A stretch of DNA of 47,244 bases from Candidatus Woesearchaeota archaeon (GTDB lineage: Archaea; Nanobdellota; Nanobdellia; Woesearchaeales; ARS49). This document shows, in pieces, positions 47,087 to 47,244 of this stretch. Position 1 is the stretch's first letter; every line of letters begins with the position of its first letter. The notes under the pieces are model-generated. The model made no database searches and was not told the origin of the DNA. It saw nothing but the letters and a program-made list of their open reading frames with translations. The stretch spans positions 1 to 47,244 of the forward strand of contig JACPID010000024.1 of the NCBI GenBank assembly GCA_016188265.1. The letters are read 5' to 3'. A program made the translations under genes and the position numbers.

Positions 47087-47244
47087 ATGGGAAAATTTCC
47101 TGAAGCTGAAGCAAGATTGTTTAAGGGAAAATTTGTTTGCCGTAGATGCAAATCAGTAATAAGAGCATTAAGCTCAAAAGTACGTGCAGGATACATAACT
47201 TGTAGAAAATGCCAAGGCCATGCTTTTAAGCCAAAAAGAAAGAA
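47087..47244 (+). CDS. rpl40e: 50S ribosomal protein L40e, 3'-truncated by window edge (not in ORF track)
   Basis: My translation: MGKFPEAEARLFKGKFVCRRCKSVIRALSSKVRAGYITCRKCQGHAFKPKRK, with two CxxC pairs. Confidence 0.9.
   Translation, partial: MGKFPEAEARLFKGKFVCRRCKSVIRALSSKVRAGYITCRKCQGHAFKPKRK

Overview
AT-rich archaeal chromosomal window, very probably from a DPANN (Woesearchaeota-like) organism. This is inferred from archaeal-type aIF5B, aRF1, aIF5A, L40e and AlaRS, an AMP phosphorylase, TATA/BRE promoters, GAGGTGA ribosome-binding sites, a KGQ-type prepilin-like leader and large Cys-rich surface proteins. It holds about 45 CDSs and two tRNAs (Ser-GGA with a 37-nt intron, Leu-CAG). I found no CRISPR array, integrase, transposase or reverse transcriptase. 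The most notable items are: (1) a single-chain internally duplicated nucleotidyltransferase with tandem HEPN-like domains, flanked by a small helical protein and a 5'(3')-nucleotidase; (2) a SET / MgtE / MgtE / filter-less MthK-like channel cluster with an internal SD-ATG; (3) a pilin-leader protein plus a 1720-aa Ig/FN3/Cys-rich protein operon; (4) a membrane-anchored SCP2-like plus lipase protein; (5) a nested 173-bp palindromic element; (6) related 7-bp tandem arrays inside three unrelated genes; (7) a (TA)19 tract in the promoter of an S-layer-like gene; (8) a fused antitoxin-PIN remnant. All family assignments come from reading motifs by eye; no database search was run.
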